Source of the DNA: a virus
Lineage: Duplodnaviria > Caudoviricetes
Strand: one strand, 5' to 3'
Virus record (IMG/VR): IMGVR_UViG_3300008261_000103
Location: 1 to 29,434 of that record
DNA: 29,434 bases
Made by a program: the position numbers and the translations under genes. The notes beneath the pieces are model-generated. The model was given only the letters and a program-made list of their open reading frames with translations, had not been told where the DNA came from and made no database searches. This document shows positions 27,001 to 29,434 of the stretch, one piece after another (position 1 is the stretch's first letter; each line of letters starts with the position of its first letter).

Positions 27001-27864
27001 AACTGAATTTGTACTAGTATCAACACTCTTTACAATGTATCTTGTATCAACAGGGTTAGATACAACTTCTAAACTATCACCTACCTTTAGCTGTATTGTA
27101 TCATCAAAGTCAGCCAATGAATCCGTATATAGTACCTTATTTAACTTATAAGATTTCTTCTGAGATGTGACAGAAACACCATTAATCTCCTCAGTAAAAG
27201 TAATATCTGATATCCTAGTTACACTAAAGTTACCGGTGTATCTTTTTGTTCTTGGCGGTAAATCAACAACGGCCTCATCTAATACATATGATATGTTTCT
27301 CTCTACTATCTGTTGTAAAAATGTAAAGTAATCAATATCAGATTTTCCATTAAATGTATTTTCAAAGAATTGTATTTTAGCCTGAGTATTAGCATCTAAA
27401 ATATATCTTTGAATAATTGCCTTTTCTGTATCAATAGGAACTTGCCCGGTTAAATCAAATGATATATAAAGAAGAGGGTTAATAAGTTCTTCAAAAAACC
27501 AGTTAGGCTTTATATTAAATTCATTAATAGAATTTATAGCAGTTAGGTTAGGTGCCTCGGTTGGAAGCTTAGCTAATACTAATTTTCTAAATGTACCATC
27601 AGCAAGTCTAACTGAACTTGCACCACCATTAACATTAGTTATGGTTTGTATGTTATTATCTAAACGATTAATAGAATTCTTTAAGTACCCAAATGACGGA
27701 ATGGTCAAGCGAGATAGTGTCCCATCCTCATTCTGTATGTTTATCGTAACTGACTCCTGACTAGAAGTAATTGCCTGATTCACTCTCTCAAAACTCTCTA
27801 ATGAATTATTAAAAAGTCTTAGCAGTTCAGGTAACAGTGTTGATATTGAATTATTTTCAGCCAT
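24007..27864 (-). CDS. Large virion structural protein with central coiled coil and FN3-like segment, 1285 aa
   Basis: Heptads around LQDLNNQKNTLTSSLKELDTAI. LEFQVKSISEAGWPSNPLESEWSDSV resembles the C-terminal strands of an FN3 domain. Structural context. Confidence 0.5.
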   Translation of the reverse strand: MAENNSISTLLPELLRLFNNSLESFERVNQAITSSQESVTINIQNEDGTLSRLTIPSFGYLKNSINRLDNNIQTITNVNGGASSVRLADGTFRKLVLAKLPTEAPNLTAINSINEFNIKPNWFFEELINPLLYISFDLTGQVPIDTEKAIIQRYILDANTQAKIQFFENTFNGKSDIDYFTFLQQIVERNISYVLDEAVVDLPPRTKRYTGNFSVTRISDITFTEEINGVSVTSQKKSYKLNKVLYTDSLADFDDTIQLKVGDSLEVVSNPVDTRYIVKSVDTSTNSVILDLVEGTKAIQIGADALKIGSAINDNVQVDVTVGFNERCVVFIKPIDPDSKIPSVNWSPGAGFYTNTLTTIAADGTQQTLADYYQKYAVDFGKFLLSFAQDKLPTSREGLIPNSPSLASTDFKVKLVNGQVTNSDAIVQLQDLNNQKNTLTSSLKELDTAISQYRSKIQTTNYVTNVERDADKNALQGLITDRSTQAELYASIVKEIDANSKDNSVASITPKYRVRGFWPMPQEKSTPATGSQSIVKFKIRYRYLSQDGAANPVDQFTFVDGNSTSQGAFSNYEIIESVLRPRSKNPITGLYQWDPINNDNADAVNINQVDLPIRKGEILEFQVKSISEAGWPSNPLESEWSDSVRVDFPADLSSDSAVEAILNQNKQDIAKVSLEESLRAKGIDEHLSSSFTANEKYYAHTATVIASGFLSESQTPVDLFSKLVEMQARLDEFSEILRNAAGELVVNLIDDQGNTIAIKRNSTTKVFAGFYFNEVKNLDDPRGAIITKTFFINLSNAEQTGLRLIARIAGSRTRMVKQSESPGYTNSEAASGSVILPATYSWLDNSAANQSTGRATFETNDNDYNTIRKYDLAPLILTNPTVTSANKFGQDVSLAPYQSAQNKNQFIFSRFKDVSSEETFYNYINPDDDYTFNLDTCENFFLKDNFSSTITAGEFIWGGGFDASGNPTTAAAYDLPQGDDSIEVHINHPWVASYAAYRAAYVYVTGDTATLPASLTSPIDCTAPTGNGTARVLFRHSKFIPLASDQLKGKQQSIYLNENVADLNQLASTIINFNSGQTLQASPTLMFIPALSDNTDPNFVDYSRNTKTSFESFDQYLLGRQTCGSYLFISADDHEMVQVDGDSVQSSKIIQFGSQNSINIPMVYQYRMTDYFGTGSGSSGGLGNIAGDSTGAITNLTYAKKIGFDIWPNADNVYQYDIELFAKYKSDNLNVDVFPSISVTKGLGDLEKVISQLRPSVVETKVNQTVKSGGVIQGGLTRGSSPQNS

Positions 27865-27883
27865 TTAATTTAGATACTTTTAT

Positions 27884-27891
27884 TATTTATT
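27884..27891 (-). promoter_or_regulatory. Putative late-promoter-like motif AATAAATA
   Basis: 19 nt upstream of the ATG at 27864; overlaps a stop codon. Confidence 0.35.
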
Positions 27892-29434
27892 TGATAATAT
27901 CATACACAAAAGTTAATACTCCTTGTTCGGTGCATATCAGTTCAATAATAGGTTTAGTTGAGATTTCATTGTTAGGAATAACCCCGATGGTAACGCCGTA
28001 CACACCTTGGTTTAGCCTATTCAATGAATCGGTGTAAATTCTTATATTCTTTGAAGAGATATCCAGATTGTTATTAAATGTAAGTCTTATTGTTTGACCA
28101 GTCTTCCATTGAATATTTGAATCATCTATGTAAATTAATAGATCTCCGCCAGCAGAATTTATTGTACTTATTCTTAACATATTAGTAAATGTTTCCAATG
28201 AAGTATATACCTTAGGCGATATTACATTAAGATCAAGAGGATTACTTGAAGTAATCTCATTACCATTTTCATCAAACGGTATCATAAATGTATATTGTTG
28301 TGTAACCAGATCAACTCTAACTTGATTAGGTGTATTTTTATTTAATGATATTCCAGGACCAGATCTTAGCACCTCGGTATTATACTGCAGTGTAGCAGAA
28401 ACATTACCGTTTGCTATTGATTGAATCTCATCAGCATTTTTCGCGATAAGATCTAACAGTGTACTTCCATTTGACATCGATAACGATGCATTATCAAATT
28501 GTTGTTGTAAACTGTTGATTTGTGCTTGTAAAGAAGCCGAACTCGATAAAGCATCAATGTTATTTTCTAAACCCTGTACTCTTTGTTCTAATTGACTTAT
28601 CTCTATTTGCTGTCTTTGAAAGATTTTAGCGGACTCTTGAAGCTGTGCAGTTGCATCAGCAAATAATCCCATAGAGAAAGTATTATAATCATTGATTATG
28701 GTATCAATACCAGCGGTACCCGGTGAAGCATCAAATCTAAGATTAATCTTAAACCCATAGCTATTACCATTTTGACCAGTAACTCTATTCGGCTTATACT
28801 TAGGATATCTTTGAATAAATCCACCATCTACTGTAGGTGTAATGTTATCAAGTAAAAGAATACCATAAAGGTTGGTTACGGTATTTGCATTATTACTTAA
28901 ATCAACTAAATCATAGTAAACTAATACCGCATTAAATTCAAATGTGCTTGATAAATCAATCCCATTGAATTGTGATATTGTAGAGATAGTAGGATCCTCA
29001 ACAATTTGTTGATAATGTGTTGGATTAAAGTCTAAGCTTATTCCATCTAATTTGCTTCTACGATAAGCAGATCCGGAAAAACCAGCAGGACTTCCATAAT
29101 CAGCAGGATATTTTCTAATATCAGCATTAGTAGAATCTCCAAATGTAATAGGTTCAGTAAAGTATGCATCAACTGTATTAGGAGGTGTTGTCTCGTTCAT
29201 CCAGTTTGCGTTAGGATCAGTATATCCTGCAGGACCACCACCTAAAAGAGGTTGATCATAATCATAAAATGCAAAAATATCCAATCCCTGTGGGTGAATA
29301 GTTGCGGCATTTCTTCCTAAGATAAATTCGCTAGCGCCTTGAATCTTTAAGCTAGGTTGATAATTTGCATCAGATATTGTTTGGAATAAAATAGTAGGAG
29401 TATTTCCAACCTCGGTCGGAACATTAATGTAGAG
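27887..29434 (-). CDS. Virion structural protein candidate, 5'-truncated by window edge
   Basis: The frame stays open for 50 more codons upstream of the TTG at 29284 (LYINVPTEVGNTPTILFQ...HPQG), so the true start lies outside the window. Contains a coiled coil (QQIEISQLEQRVQGLENNIDAL). Confidence 0.7.
   Translation of the reverse strand, partial: LYINVPTEVGNTPTILFQTISDANYQPSLKIQGASEFILGRNAATIHPQGLDIFAFYDYDQPLLGGGPAGYTDPNANWMNETTPPNTVDAYFTEPITFGDSTNADIRKYPADYGSPAGFSGSAYRRSKLDGISLDFNPTHYQQIVEDPTISTISQFNGIDLSSTFEFNAVLVYYDLVDLSNNANTVTNLYGILLLDNITPTVDGGFIQRYPKYKPNRVTGQNGNSYGFKINLRFDASPGTAGIDTIINDYNTFSMGLFADATAQLQESAKIFQRQQIEISQLEQRVQGLENNIDALSSSASLQAQINSLQQQFDNASLSMSNGSTLLDLIAKNADEIQSIANGNVSATLQYNTEVLRSGPGISLNKNTPNQVRVDLVTQQYTFMIPFDENGNEITSSNPLDLNVISPKVYTSLETFTNMLRISTINSAGGDLLIYIDDSNIQWKTGQTIRLTFNNNLDISSKNIRIYTDSLNRLNQGVYGVTIGVIPNNEISTKPIIELICTEQGVLTFVYDIIK

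Noticed and set aside
270-28037. All plus-strand ORFs in the track (e.g. 3394-3855, 4970-5236, 26870-27151)
   Set aside because: They lie antisense to long minus-strand genes, are short, and have shadow-frame composition with no recognisable motifs.
29282-29284. TTG start for the last gene
   Set aside because: The frame is open to the window edge, so the gene is truncated rather than starting here.
1-29434. Possible TAG recoding (no accepted gene ends in TAG)
   Set aside because: Genes up to 1555 aa are intact under the standard code with no TAG interruptions; TAA preference is expected in AT-rich DNA.
1-29434. tRNA, rRNA, intron, intein, transposase or CRISPR features
   Set aside because: None recognised; intergenic gaps are short, and the helicase, primase and SSB have normal lengths.

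Overview
AT-rich (roughly one-third GC by eye), densely coded segment of a large T4-like or jumbo tailed phage. All credible genes are on the minus strand. In transcription order (right to left): a block of large virion/tail/baseplate-like genes (29434-13012, including a collagen-repeat fibre, a spanin-like membrane protein and a gp3-like tail-tube protein); a replication/recombination block (RuvC-like resolvase, GroES, gp32 SSB, gp61-like primase, UvsY, UvsW); then a cluster of acidic or enzymatic proteins (7224-1). Start codons lack Shine-Dalgarno motifs, consistent with a Bacteroidota host (inference). Main candidates for novelty: (1) a cluster encoding two ligase-fold nucleotidyltransferases (one intact, one degenerate and fused to a nuclease-like domain), a HIGH-family nucleotidyltransferase, an acidic repeat protein and a DUF3008-like protein, all carrying motifs like the T4 capsid-targeting sequence, i.e. 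a possible virion-packaged, protease-matured enzyme system; (2) two copies of a bipartite element TCTGAAACTAAGT-N10-ATATATAAA pointing outward on either side of groES; (3) a gp32 leader with seven GGCA motifs in front of a gp32 lacking most zinc ligands. All family assignments come from reading motifs by eye; no searches were run.
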